64,000 nt of DNA, from NCBI GenBank assembly GCA_964452555.1, contig CAYVMI010000006.1, positions 9,880-73,879 on the forward strand, in the 5' to 3' direction. This stretch comes from an uncultured Desulfobacterales bacterium (lineage in GTDB: Bacteria; Desulfobacterota; Desulfobacteria; Desulfobacterales; B30-G6). How positions within the stretch are numbered: position 1 is the first letter of the stretch; every line of letters begins with the position of its first letter. A program made the translations under genes and the position numbers. Shown here piece by piece: positions 38,327 through 47,182 of the stretch. The notes under the pieces were generated by a model. That model saw nothing but the letters and a program-made list of their open reading frames with translations. It did not search any database and had not been told where the DNA came from.

Positions 38327-38520
38327 GTCATCCCCGATTTCAAGGCTGTGTCATAATTCGTCATCCCGGCCAAGAGTAGCGAAGCGGAGCGCGAGCCGGG
38401 ATCCATAAGTATGCGTTTATAATCATTTTCCTGGATTCCGGATCTCATGCAATAAAGCTGCATTCGTCCGGAATGACGGATTTGGGCGAATTGTGACACA
38501 GCCTCGAAATCGGGGATCCA
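38327..38520. repeat. nested palindromic element (GTCATCCC...GGGAT type)
   Basis: 31-nt arms at 38330-38360 and 38487-38517 are reverse complements with 2 mismatches. Inner hairpins are ATCCCGGC...GCCGGGAT and ATTCCGGA...TCCGGAAT. Confidence 0.7.
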
Positions 38521-38838
38521 GGAATAGCCTTTAGATAAAAGCGGATTGCCTTTAATGGATAGCAGTAAAGCTTCACTTCGTACCCCTCTTCCGAGGGAAT
38601 GACGAAATGGAAGCACGCGGTGTGGTTGTATAATACCAAGCACCCCAATGTTCTTTAGGCCCGGAGACTCCAGAACATATCCATCGGATGACTGCACAAA
38701 GGGTGTTTTCAGTAGGGGCGAAACTCTTTAAAGGTGACAATTTTTAATCAGGACTTGATCCTGCTTTATGGCTGGGGGTTGCGCTTGAATATTATCTTGT
38801 AATTGAAACTTGTAGATTGGAATTTACATATTTAGATT

Positions 38839-40083
38839 CTACCGATTAAATCGATTAATAGCCACATCATAAACCTGCTGCACGCGCTCAAACACAGATG
38901 TCCAGGTATTTTGTTGCAGCGTGTTGCGGATTTCCGGACCCATTGTCATCGGGTTCTCAACCGCCTGCTGAATTTGGCTTCGTAATGCGGCTTCAAGGCG
39001 TTTTTCGTAGTCTTTGCCTGATACGGTGGTGGGTTTGTCAATGGTTTCAAGTTCCGGCAGGGACAACAACTCGATATGAGGCGAAATCAAATTTCCGATG
39101 AGCTCGTGGGTTCCCGGCAAATCATTGGCGATGATCCGGCAGCCGCTGGCCAAGGACTCTATCACCACCAGGGGCAGACCTTCGTAAAATGACGGCAGGC
39201 AGAAAATGTGTGACTGCCCCAATATTTCCGCCAGTTTTTCTTGGGGTACCGCCCCGTACAGCTTTATCCGGCCCCCCAATCTATCTGCCAGTGACAAGCA
39301 AGTGTCTTTTTCGAGTCCACTGCCGCCACCCACCAGATGAAGCTCCCAGGACGGTGATTCTATTTGAGCCAAAGCCCGCAGCATCCAGGGCACACCTTTG
39401 GCCTCGCTCAGCTTGCCGGCATAAACCAGCCGGACCGGATCTGGCTCCGGTTTTGTTTGTAGACAAAACAGATGATCGTCGTAACCGGCACCAACCACAT
39501 GGATTCTATCCTCTGGAATGTTATACAGTTTCGCGATTTCAGCTTTCTGTGACTCACTCAGTGCCATAACCGCATCCAAACTTTGGCATCCTGTTTGGAC
39601 CAGTTCCCGGAGGTGGGGGCAGAGCTGTAATTGGCGCAAGTCCGACCCATGGCTGGTGGTTACAATAGGTATGTTTTTTACCCATTTTCTAGCCACGGAC
39701 GTCATGATCCAAAGATGATGGCTGTGGATAATATCCGGCTGAAATCTTTCAACAGCTTTATCAACATTTTGCAGAAACGTATTTTGGTAGGTTGCCAGAT
39801 CACGCTTATTCAGGTCTTGAAATCGCCGGCTTTTATATGGCATCACGTCGCTCATACCGACGATTTGATAAGGAATATCCTGGTCAAATTTTAAAAACAA
39901 ACAGTTTGCCGGCGATATGTTGGCAAGGGTAACCGGTTTGTCGGCCTGGATACCGGCCAATACAGAATTATAATGCCCATGCCTGGCGGCCTCCCGAATC
40001 ATGGCCTGGAGATAGATGCCGCTGCCGGTCGAATCCGGCCGCTGGCTCAGAAGATGCAATATCCGTAATTGTTTATTTCTCAT
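38839..40083 (-). CDS. glycosyltransferase family 4 (GT-B fold)
   Basis: N-terminal DSTGSGIYL and HSHH regions. C-terminal PSFYEGLPLVVIESLASG matches the EX7E region. Confidence 0.8.
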   Translation of the reverse strand: MRNKQLRILHLLSQRPDSTGSGIYLQAMIREAARHGHYNSVLAGIQADKPVTLANISPANCLFLKFDQDIPYQIVGMSDVMPYKSRRFQDLNKRDLATYQNTFLQNVDKAVERFQPDIIHSHHLWIMTSVARKWVKNIPIVTTSHGSDLRQLQLCPHLRELVQTGCQSLDAVMALSESQKAEIAKLYNIPEDRIHVVGAGYDDHLFCLQTKPEPDPVRLVYAGKLSEAKGVPWMLRALAQIESPSWELHLVGGGSGLEKDTCLSLADRLGGRIKLYGAVPQEKLAEILGQSHIFCLPSFYEGLPLVVIESLASGCRIIANDLPGTHELIGNLISPHIELLSLPELETIDKPTTVSGKDYEKRLEAALRSQIQQAVENPMTMGPEIRNTLQQNTWTSVFERVQQVYDVAINRFNR

Positions 40084-40559
40084 GAGAAGGTTTTGCGCAT
40101 GAATACACTCAGAGGGTCTTCCTTATAGGCGCCGAATGGTTCTGTTTTTCGGTAACCCCGTTTGTCGTACAGACTTAAGGCTTCATTTTGACTGATCCCG
40201 GTTTCCAGGCAGGCCTGCGAATACCCTTCGGCCAGGGCTTTCTCTTCCAAAGCATCCATTAACTGCGTGGCGAGACCCAAACCGCGAAATTTTGTAGGTA
40301 CATATAGTCGCTTTATCTCCACATAGGGCGGATTCCCTTTATCCGCCGGCATTCTGCGAAAAGATGCAATCCCGAGCAATTTTCCTTCTGTTCGTGCCGC
40401 AATGAAATAATAATCCGGCGAAATCAGATTTTCCACCGGTTCGAGATGATTGCTTTCCGGCGGATATAATTCTGCCTGATAGGCGTCCAGCTCCTCGATA
40501 AATTTGCGGACATCGGGCGTACGCGGATCTTCAGGCTGTATCGAAATATTTTTTTTCAT
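40080..40559 (-). CDS. GNAT-family N-acetyltransferase
   Basis: IKRLYVPTKFRGLGLATQLMDALE...ALSLYDKRGY. Its stop overlaps the GT4 start. Confidence 0.8.
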   Translation of the reverse strand: MKKNISIQPEDPRTPDVRKFIEELDAYQAELYPPESNHLEPVENLISPDYYFIAARTEGKLLGIASFRRMPADKGNPPYVEIKRLYVPTKFRGLGLATQLMDALEEKALAEGYSQACLETGISQNEALSLYDKRGYRKTEPFGAYKEDPLSVFMRKTFS

Positions 40560-40578
40560 GAGGAATTCTTATATACTC

Positions 40579-40819
40579 AACTTTCGGCTTTTGCAAAGAG
40601 GTGATGTGAAATGAAAAATCAGGCTGCGATTTTCGCTGTTTGAGCCGTGTAGGGATCTTTACATCAGTGCATGGCAATGACATTTTGGTTTGTAAAAATG
40701 ATTATAATGGATACAATTGAATTTACCCTATTGGTCGGCACTGATGTTAGGAACCCTTGCGGCGAGTTCGAACAGCGCTGACGGATTTTTCATTTTGCGT
40801 CACCTGAATCCCGGAAGTT
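40579..40819. repeat. MITE-like palindromic element, family A copy 2
   Basis: The flanks are homologous to 21421-21660. Terminal inverted repeats are AACTTTCGG...GGTGATGTGAAATGAAAAATC versus GATTTTTCATTTTGCGTCACC...CCGGAAGTT. Confidence 0.7.
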
Positions 40820-41527
40820 GCGTTCTATCGTCCCGCTGAGATAGGCCTTTCGCTTTTCCTGCGGAAATTTTTCAATGGCATATCTAAGCATCGTTCGGGG
40901 CATCTGATGATAATGCTTTTTGAGAAATTCTTCTTCCAATTCCAGTTGACGCTTGCCAACCTCTCGCAGCATCCAACCCACAGCCTTTTGAATCAAATCC
41001 TCGGGATCCTGGTGCAACTTTTCCGCTATTTTCAGAGTCTCGTCGAATTCATTCTTTTTAATATAGTGATAGGTCGCCATGATGGCAATGCGCCGTTCCC
41101 AAAGCATCCTTGACCGCGCCAATCTATATAATGGCTTGCGACTGCGGGCAAACAAGTACGCACCGACGATGTGTTCCGCGGACGTATCCACCAGATCCCA
41201 ATTGTTAACACAGCTCGTATGCTTTAAGTAAAAACGATAGATGGTCTTTTGCTGTTCCGCCGTGCCTTTGGAAAACTGAAGTACCAGAATCAATAGACAC
41301 AACAGGCGTTCTTCGTGATATTCTGAAAAAAGCAACCGGGATACGACCTCAAACGATACATCCTTGTATTGCTTGGCCTGCTTCCGAAGAACTGGAACCC
41401 GAATGCCTAGAAACTTGTCACCCTCGCCATAGTCACCCTTACCGGTCTTAAAAAACCGTTGGGAATGCTCTGCAATGGCCTTGTCCCCCAGTTGCCTGAC
41501 CTCTTTTTGAATCGCTGATAACTTCAT
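40790..41527 (-). CDS. DNA alkylation repair protein (AlkD-like HEAT repeats)
   Basis: FFKTGKGDYGEGDKFLGIRVP, NNWDLVD and GWMLREVGK motifs. The last 9 codons lie in repeat A2. Confidence 0.8.
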   Translation of the reverse strand: MKLSAIQKEVRQLGDKAIAEHSQRFFKTGKGDYGEGDKFLGIRVPVLRKQAKQYKDVSFEVVSRLLFSEYHEERLLCLLILVLQFSKGTAEQQKTIYRFYLKHTSCVNNWDLVDTSAEHIVGAYLFARSRKPLYRLARSRMLWERRIAIMATYHYIKKNEFDETLKIAEKLHQDPEDLIQKAVGWMLREVGKRQLELEEEFLKKHYHQMPRTMLRYAIEKFPQEKRKAYLSGTIERNFRDSGDAK

Positions 41528-42711
41528 TCAATCCCCACTGTCCGTCTGACCAAAGCGCCTTTCAAACGGGTCATCGGTTTTGTTGCCGTAATAACCAGCG
41601 ACGCCAAGTCCGTTGGATGGCGGGTCAAATTTTCATACCCGTCTTCGGTAATCAAAATGGTATCCGAATGCCGGACGCCACCGATATCGGGCAGGTAAAT
41701 ACCCGGTTCATTGCTGATAACCATATTGGGCTCCAGTACATCCGAACTGCCTTCCGCCACCCAGGGACCTTCGTGATTTCCCAGCCCAAAGCCGTGTCCC
41801 ACCCGGTGCAACAGGTAGTCACCATAGCCGGCCTCTATTAAATAATTTTTGGCGGCGGCATCGATGTCAGCACAAGCGGCCCCCGGCCGCATGAGTGCAT
41901 AGGCCTTTTGCCGGGCCTCGATCATGGCGGCGAAGGCATCCCTGACATCGGGGGTTGGTGCCGCCGTAAAATACGTGCGTTCGCATTCAGCCGCATATCC
42001 GAAAATCCGATCAAGACACAGGGCGATATGCGGCCCCTCCGTTAAACGGTCATCGATATTGGGAATCCCATGCGGCTGGGCGCTCAGGGGTGCCGGCCAC
42101 GCACCGGTTAACACATTGGTGGTCAAGGGATCATAGCCAATATCCTTCATAATTTGAATTTGAACCTGACGGCCTTGTGAAAACAATTCTATTTCGGAAA
42201 CACCATAGTAAGAAGAGTTGATCACCTTTTCCACAGCCAAGTCCGCATAGTTGGCCGCCTGACGAATCATTTTGACTTCCGCCGGTGATTTAACTGTCCG
42301 CAGATCTTCAACCAGAGGTAAAATCCGGGAAGAAATGTCCGCTAACGCGAAAGCTATTTCTTGGGGTAGGCTGGGCTCTACACCCAATAGCTTAATGCCG
42401 GACAGTGCATCCATTAACATTTCCGGCCAACCTTCACCCCGAGGAGAGGGGTAGTCCCAGTATGTATGTACGGTTTCGACGTTCGGAGCGGCTTTCAGAT
42501 GTTCCTTTTCCAGTGCCGGCACCAGCAACTCTGAAGATGTTCGTGGACGCACGATGATAAAGAATGGTCGTTCCAGGGGTTCGTATGAGACGCCGGTCAG
42601 ATAGAAAATGCTGTCTTTTGACGATATTAAAAATGCGTCCAGCTCGTTCTCAATCAATTTTTCCTGAAGACGTACCAGGCGAGCGTGGAACTCCTGTGCT
42701 TTGATGGCCAT
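41524..42711 (-). CDS. M24-family Xaa-Pro aminopeptidase
   Basis: Creatinase/prolidase N-domain plus HRVGHGFGLGNHEGP and NEPGIY pita-bread motifs. Confidence 0.85.
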   Translation of the reverse strand: MAIKAQEFHARLVRLQEKLIENELDAFLISSKDSIFYLTGVSYEPLERPFFIIVRPRTSSELLVPALEKEHLKAAPNVETVHTYWDYPSPRGEGWPEMLMDALSGIKLLGVEPSLPQEIAFALADISSRILPLVEDLRTVKSPAEVKMIRQAANYADLAVEKVINSSYYGVSEIELFSQGRQVQIQIMKDIGYDPLTTNVLTGAWPAPLSAQPHGIPNIDDRLTEGPHIALCLDRIFGYAAECERTYFTAAPTPDVRDAFAAMIEARQKAYALMRPGAACADIDAAAKNYLIEAGYGDYLLHRVGHGFGLGNHEGPWVAEGSSDVLEPNMVISNEPGIYLPDIGGVRHSDTILITEDGYENLTRHPTDLASLVITATKPMTRLKGALVRRTVGIE

Positions 42712-42782
42712 ACGGCTGCTCCTTACTGGGTGCTATTGTAAAGAATGAGTTTATCAGACACATGAACATTCAATTTCTGTGA

Positions 42783-43310
42783 TCAAATTTTCTTACTCTT
42801 TTTATGCATCACAAACAAATATATAACTAAGAATGATATCGAGACTGCATAGACTACCAGCAAGTTAACGTCCCCATAAGAGCGGCTCAACTCACCTAGT
42901 AATGCGGCCAACGTCCGCCAGCGAATGGGACCGTGCCCACCGCCGCCATATACCAGCAGCAATGTCACACTTCCCGAACCGGCTAGCAACATGATCACCG
43001 TGCATATTTTAATGATATTTGATTTCAGTTTAGCAATGCCCGTTGCCAGCACCCGTGCAACAACATAATAAATGCCTGAATAGATCAAGGCATGCAAACC
43101 AAAAATGACCATGAAGGAAAAGGTTTCGGACGTGTGACCGGGAACAAATAGTTTGGGAATCATGTATATAAGCCCAGCAAAAAAGAACACAGCCGGCATA
43201 AACATGATCACCATGATCAAAAAGAGAACAGCCGGCGGGAACAGCATGAGGGCTGTAAAAAGGATCCACGTGATGACTGGTCGGCTAAGTAGCCAGGTTA
43301 GATTTTGCAC
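42783..43310 (-). CDS. hypothetical integral membrane protein
   Basis: 175 aa and almost entirely hydrophobic helices. Confidence 0.5.
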   Translation of the reverse strand: MQNLTWLLSRPVITWILFTALMLFPPAVLFLIMVIMFMPAVFFFAGLIYMIPKLFVPGHTSETFSFMVIFGLHALIYSGIYYVVARVLATGIAKLKSNIIKICTVIMLLAGSGSVTLLLVYGGGGHGPIRWRTLAALLGELSRSYGDVNLLVVYAVSISFLVIYLFVMHKKSKKI

Positions 43311-43411
43311 TTGATCATCCAGGAGAATTTAGTGGTTGTTCCCATATCGCAGAATGAGCTCTTAATATCACCTTTTGCCTGCAGAATCTAACCCGGGTTT
43401 ATAATTTGCCA

Positions 43412-44560
43412 TTATGGCTCCAATCGATACAACGCTGCACGTTTGCCATCCGTGAGGATATATAAAAAACCGTCCGGTCCCTGGGCAACATCCCGAATGC
43501 GGCCCAGTCGCTTTTTCAGCAATACTTCCTGACCCTGTACCTGATCGCCGTTGGGTCCGCCCAATTTGACCCGCCGGAGATGCTTGCCTACCAGGGATCC
43601 CACAAATAGATCACCCTGCCAGCCGGGAAATTTATCCGCCGTATAAAAGGCCATACCCGATGGCGCGATGGACGGTGTCCAATGGAGCAAAGGCTGTGCC
43701 ATGCCGTCCCTGGCACTGAGGCCTTCTCCGACCTGGGCTCCGGAGTACTCACGTCCGTAGGTTATTATCGGCCAGCCGTAATTAACACCCGGTTTTATAA
43801 TGTTGATCTCGTCGCCGCCTTTGGGCCCGTGCTCATGAATCCAAAGATCACCGGTAATTGGATGCAGGGCGGCACCCTGAGCATTGCGGTGACCATAGGA
43901 ATATACATCCGTTGAACCTTTTTGATCCAGGGATTGCCCCGCCGCAAATGGATTATCTGCAGGTATCTCGCCGTCGGGATATATTCGGACCACCGTTCCG
44001 AAATGGTTTTCCGGGTTTTGGGCTTCATAACGTTGTCGCCTTTCACCAATGGTAATAAATAGATACCCATCCGGTGATAATACCAAGCGGCTGCCGAAAT
44101 GTCCGCCGCCTTTGGCCGTATTCGAGCCGGTGAAAATAACCTGCCAATCAACCAGGCGAGGCTCGGAACCAGCCCACTTTTTAAGGCGCGCCCTGGCCAC
44201 CGATGTTTGCTGGCTTCCGGTAGGCCCCGACGAATAGGAAAAATACACCCACTCGGATTTTTCAAAATCAGCCGGAACCAGGAGGTCCAACAGCCCACCT
44301 TGTCCCACCGAAACAATAGGGGGCAAACCCTCAACTGCGATGGATTTTTTACCGCGAATAAGGACCAGACCACCGGATTTTAATGTAATCAGGGCCGAAT
44401 CGTCCGGCATAAAGTCTAAAGCCCAAGGTTGGCGCAAATCCTTAGCAATCGCCACAATTTTAAAATTTGCGTCCTGGCTCATGACCGCTTGGGTTTGCGG
44501 CACCATTCCCAAGAGCATAAACACGGCAACTACAAGTGTAACCATTTTATTTATATACAT
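43412..44560 (-). CDS. PQQ-dependent (soluble) sugar dehydrogenase, secreted
   Basis: Signal peptide. LRQPWALDFMPDDSALIT, HFGSRLV, GHRNAQG and NYGWP motifs match the sorbosone/aldose dehydrogenase beta-propeller. Confidence 0.8.
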   Translation of the reverse strand: MYINKMVTLVVAVFMLLGMVPQTQAVMSQDANFKIVAIAKDLRQPWALDFMPDDSALITLKSGGLVLIRGKKSIAVEGLPPIVSVGQGGLLDLLVPADFEKSEWVYFSYSSGPTGSQQTSVARARLKKWAGSEPRLVDWQVIFTGSNTAKGGGHFGSRLVLSPDGYLFITIGERRQRYEAQNPENHFGTVVRIYPDGEIPADNPFAAGQSLDQKGSTDVYSYGHRNAQGAALHPITGDLWIHEHGPKGGDEINIIKPGVNYGWPIITYGREYSGAQVGEGLSARDGMAQPLLHWTPSIAPSGMAFYTADKFPGWQGDLFVGSLVGKHLRRVKLGGPNGDQVQGQEVLLKKRLGRIRDVAQGPDGFLYILTDGKRAALYRLEP

Positions 44561-44583
44561 ATATCACCCTTACTTTCTGTAGT

Positions 44584-44619
44584 AATCGGAATCGGGATCG
44601 CTATCGAAATCGTTATCGT
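44584..44619. repeat. six phased hexamers with ATCG core
   Basis: AATCGG AATCGG GATCGC TATCGA AATCGT TATCGT, lying 24 nt upstream of the minus-strand start at 44560. Confidence 0.6.
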
Positions 44620-44862
44620 ACTTAAACCAACAGCATATCACAGCCAGATATTGCTTCGATCCCGAAATTCATACCGATTTTGATATTCGAGACGGTTTTT
44701 CAACGTAACGCTGTACTGACAATTACTATAACGTAAGCACAAAATTTTTTATTTGTAGTTTGCTCTCGGTGGACAAAGTTGACGTCACATTGAATGCGCT
44801 AGATTCGTAACCCATATGTTACTTTAAAAAGCTTCTTGCTGTGCGGGTATAAAATTATATTA

Positions 44863-44973
44863 TGTCATTCCCGCGGAAGCGGGGCACAAAGTGAAGCTCT
44901 CGCGCTTTCCAGAAAAGGCTTTTAGCTGTCTGCAAAAGGCTAATCCTGGATCCCCATTTTCATGGGGATGACA
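44863..44973. repeat. palindromic element (TGTCATTCCC...GGGGATGACA type)
   Basis: The ends TGTCATTCCC and GGGGATGACA are inverted. Inner hairpins are CCCGC-GGAA-GCGGG and ATCCCCAT-TTTC-ATGGGGAT. Motif class related to 38327-38520. Confidence 0.55.
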
Positions 44974-45081
44974 AATGAGGCTGGGATGATAAGCACTTCA
45001 ATTATATCGGAACATATTTATGACAGTTATTCTGGATTCTTAGTTAAACGAAGAGCTTAATTTCCTTAAAAGCCGGGAGGA

Positions 45082-45462
45082 TCACCACGATACAATTTCG
45101 CCATCGTCAAAGACATGCTCTGAAAACGCCTGCCGATGGTTGATGAAAATCTGGTTCCTGGAAAGATGGGCATGCTTGGAAATACTGTCAGCTAAACTCA
45201 GGAGCATTTGTTTGACTGTCTCTTTAGAATTGAAATCGGGTGTCAACAATTCGACAATCACCGCATGATATTCCGACGGATGTGTGCCCGGGGTAATATT
45301 GCGGGTGGCATAGTGACCGGGTTTGAAGAATTCCCAGGTCGTATGGATATGCTCCGGAGAAATATCGGTTTTTTGAGAAAATTCTTTGGCAACGGCACGC
45401 AGCACCTGGCTGATATTCAGTTCAGGCTCAAGGGGTAATGATTTGATGTGAATATATGGCAT
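45082..45462 (-). CDS. tautomerase-superfamily-like protein
   Basis: Starts MPYIHIKSL (Pro at position 2 after Met), and the 126-aa length is compatible with long tautomerase-family members. Weak assignment. Confidence 0.4.
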   Translation of the reverse strand: MPYIHIKSLPLEPELNISQVLRAVAKEFSQKTDISPEHIHTTWEFFKPGHYATRNITPGTHPSEYHAVIVELLTPDFNSKETVKQMLLSLADSISKHAHLSRNQIFINHRQAFSEHVFDDGEIVSW

Positions 45463-45609
45463 GATGCCTCCTAACCCGAATATTTCATGAACATTTTAGG
45501 CATTGGTTAAAACAAACTGGAATAACGAATAAAATAACAAAGATTAGTTCTACAATTCGGTAAGACTGTTTGTACATTGCCGATTTAATAAACTATCACA
45601 ATGTGCGCT

Positions 45610-45657
45610 CCCAGAGGCGCCTATTGGCCGTGTACCTTGCCAATAGACGCCTCTGGG
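45610..45657. terminator. 19-bp stem hairpin between two minus-strand genes
   Basis: CCCAGAGGCGCCTATTGGC / GCCAATAGACGCCTCTGGG with 1 mismatch and a 10-nt loop, 17 nt downstream of the stop at 45674. No clear U-tract. Confidence 0.45.
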
Positions 45658-45673
45658 GCGTGAAATTTCCGGG

Positions 45674-46420
45674 TTAGTTGGTAACCATTGCGGCCTGAAT
45701 AAATGACAGAATCAAAGGGTGCGGCGCTCCTTTTTGGGATGACAACTGGGGTAGAAAAAGCGTTGCCGCGTAAAACGGGTGTCCTGACAATTCTATGATT
45801 CTGGCATTACCTTCTTCATCAACACCGGTAATATTGAGTTGACCGGATTTTATGTCGGGGCTAAAGGCCTCGTTCAGACCATAGTTGCACGTAAATTTTT
45901 CAATTACCGTTGCCTGTCCATACACTTTTTGCGCCAGGGAGTCGGCAACAATTTTGACCGTCTGGGAAACTCCCGCCAGGGAACACGAAAGTTTGCTGAT
46001 GACAAGGGCCGCGGCATTCGGATGCATTTCTTCGTGGGCGGCCCCCGGAATACCGGCTACATTCCTGGCATACTCTAACAGAGTATGTTGAAAACCGGCT
46101 CAGGTACCAAAAAACGGTTTGCGTCGCTCCCGACAATATTGAATGGCCTCAATGGCAGCGTCCGGATACGCATAGTCACCGGGGCCGGCCCAGACACCAT
46201 GAAATTCCTTCAGCGTATCATTACTATAATCTTGATTCGCCAAAGCTGCCGTGGTCAACCAGGTATGTTGGATATCCATGGATAAATGTTCGCTCACATG
46301 CATTAAGGCAGCATCTGTCATCAATTGCGATGCGCGTTGATCATCCAGATCACTAATGATTCCTATTTTGAGTGTCATCGTCACGACAAATTTCCTTATG
46401 CGCTTATCTATAAAGCTCAA
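45674..46420 (-). CDS. CTP-synthase-C-terminal-like class I amidotransferase-fold selenoprotein (UGA=Sec at nucleophile)
   Basis: ORFs 46100..46420 and 45674..46027 are in one frame. Read-through of the TGA at 46100-46102 gives KPFFGT-U-AGFQHTLLEYARNVAG. The start is uncertain (TTG 46420 or ATG 46378). See findings. Confidence 0.7.
46069..46087 (-). promoter_or_regulatory. candidate SECIS stem-loop
   Basis: Perfect 7-bp stem CAUACUC/GAGUAUG with a loop UGUUA, starting 13 nt after the UGA. Confidence 0.6.
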
Positions 46421-46434
46421 GTGCCACCATAAGC

Positions 46435-46632
46435 AGGATCGCTGGTGTTCAGTTTTAACCCAGACAACTGTTTAAGTTCTTTAATCACTGTTAGGCCGCC
46501 GTTGTGAAAGCAGCTGATAGGTGTACGCGACTGCCTCTTTAGCTAAAATATGTTTTTATTGACGAGCGGCGGCGGTTGTTACGGTGTTTAAGAACGAGTT
46601 TTGGCTGGTAAAAACTGAACGCCAGCGATCCT
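46435..46632. mobile_element. MITE-like element with 26-nt terminal inverted repeats
   Basis: AGGATCGCTGGTGTTCAGTTTTAACC (46435-46460) versus GGTAAAAACTGAACGCCAGCGATCCT (46607-46632), reverse complements with 2 mismatches. The interior is also partly self-complementary. Confidence 0.6.
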
Positions 46633-46694
46633 GATCCTATTAACTTGAGCTTTCTGGATAACCACGATTCCTTATGAATTTTGATCAAGTAAAG

Positions 46695-47162
46695 TCACCC
46701 AGGTAGGTTTGTATTGATCTGTTTGCCCATACTGATTCTATTTTCAACACTATATCCATTGGTTTGGTAGAATTCTTGTACGGCCTCGTTTCCGCCCATG
46801 ATTTGAAGATTGATTTTCACACATCCCAGGTATGCTAATTGTTCTTCGGCATGCTTCAAGAGGGCAGACCCGATGCCTCGATGCTGCTCCGAGGCCATGA
46901 CTGCCATGGAATATATCCATCCTCGATGCCCGTCGTAACCGGCCATGACAGACCCCACCACGACGCCATTGCGGACGGCGACCCAGAACAAACCATCTAC
47001 AGCAGCCGACTTCTGGTCGATGACAAAACCCGGGTCATTGCGGGCATCTTCATAACCAAAACTGCGCCGCCATATTTCCATGACAGCATCACGATGCTGG
47101 TTGTTGTCATAGCCTACTATTATGATTGACTTTTTTTCTATCATAGCAATTTTTCCTAGCAC
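46695..47162 (-). CDS. GNAT-family N-acetyltransferase
   Basis: IYSMAVMASEQHRGIGSALLKHAE...EFYQTNGY. Confidence 0.8.
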   Translation of the reverse strand: MLGKIAMIEKKSIIIVGYDNNQHRDAVMEIWRRSFGYEDARNDPGFVIDQKSAAVDGLFWVAVRNGVVVGSVMAGYDGHRGWIYSMAVMASEQHRGIGSALLKHAEEQLAYLGCVKINLQIMGGNEAVQEFYQTNGYSVENRISMGKQINTNLPG

Positions 47163-47182
47163 TAAAAGCGCCGGAGGGCTTA

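Noticed and set aside
38299-38697. 132-aa ORF as a protein-coding gene
   Set aside because: The sequence is built from nested palindromic repeat DNA. The translation is low-complexity with no start context or family resemblance.
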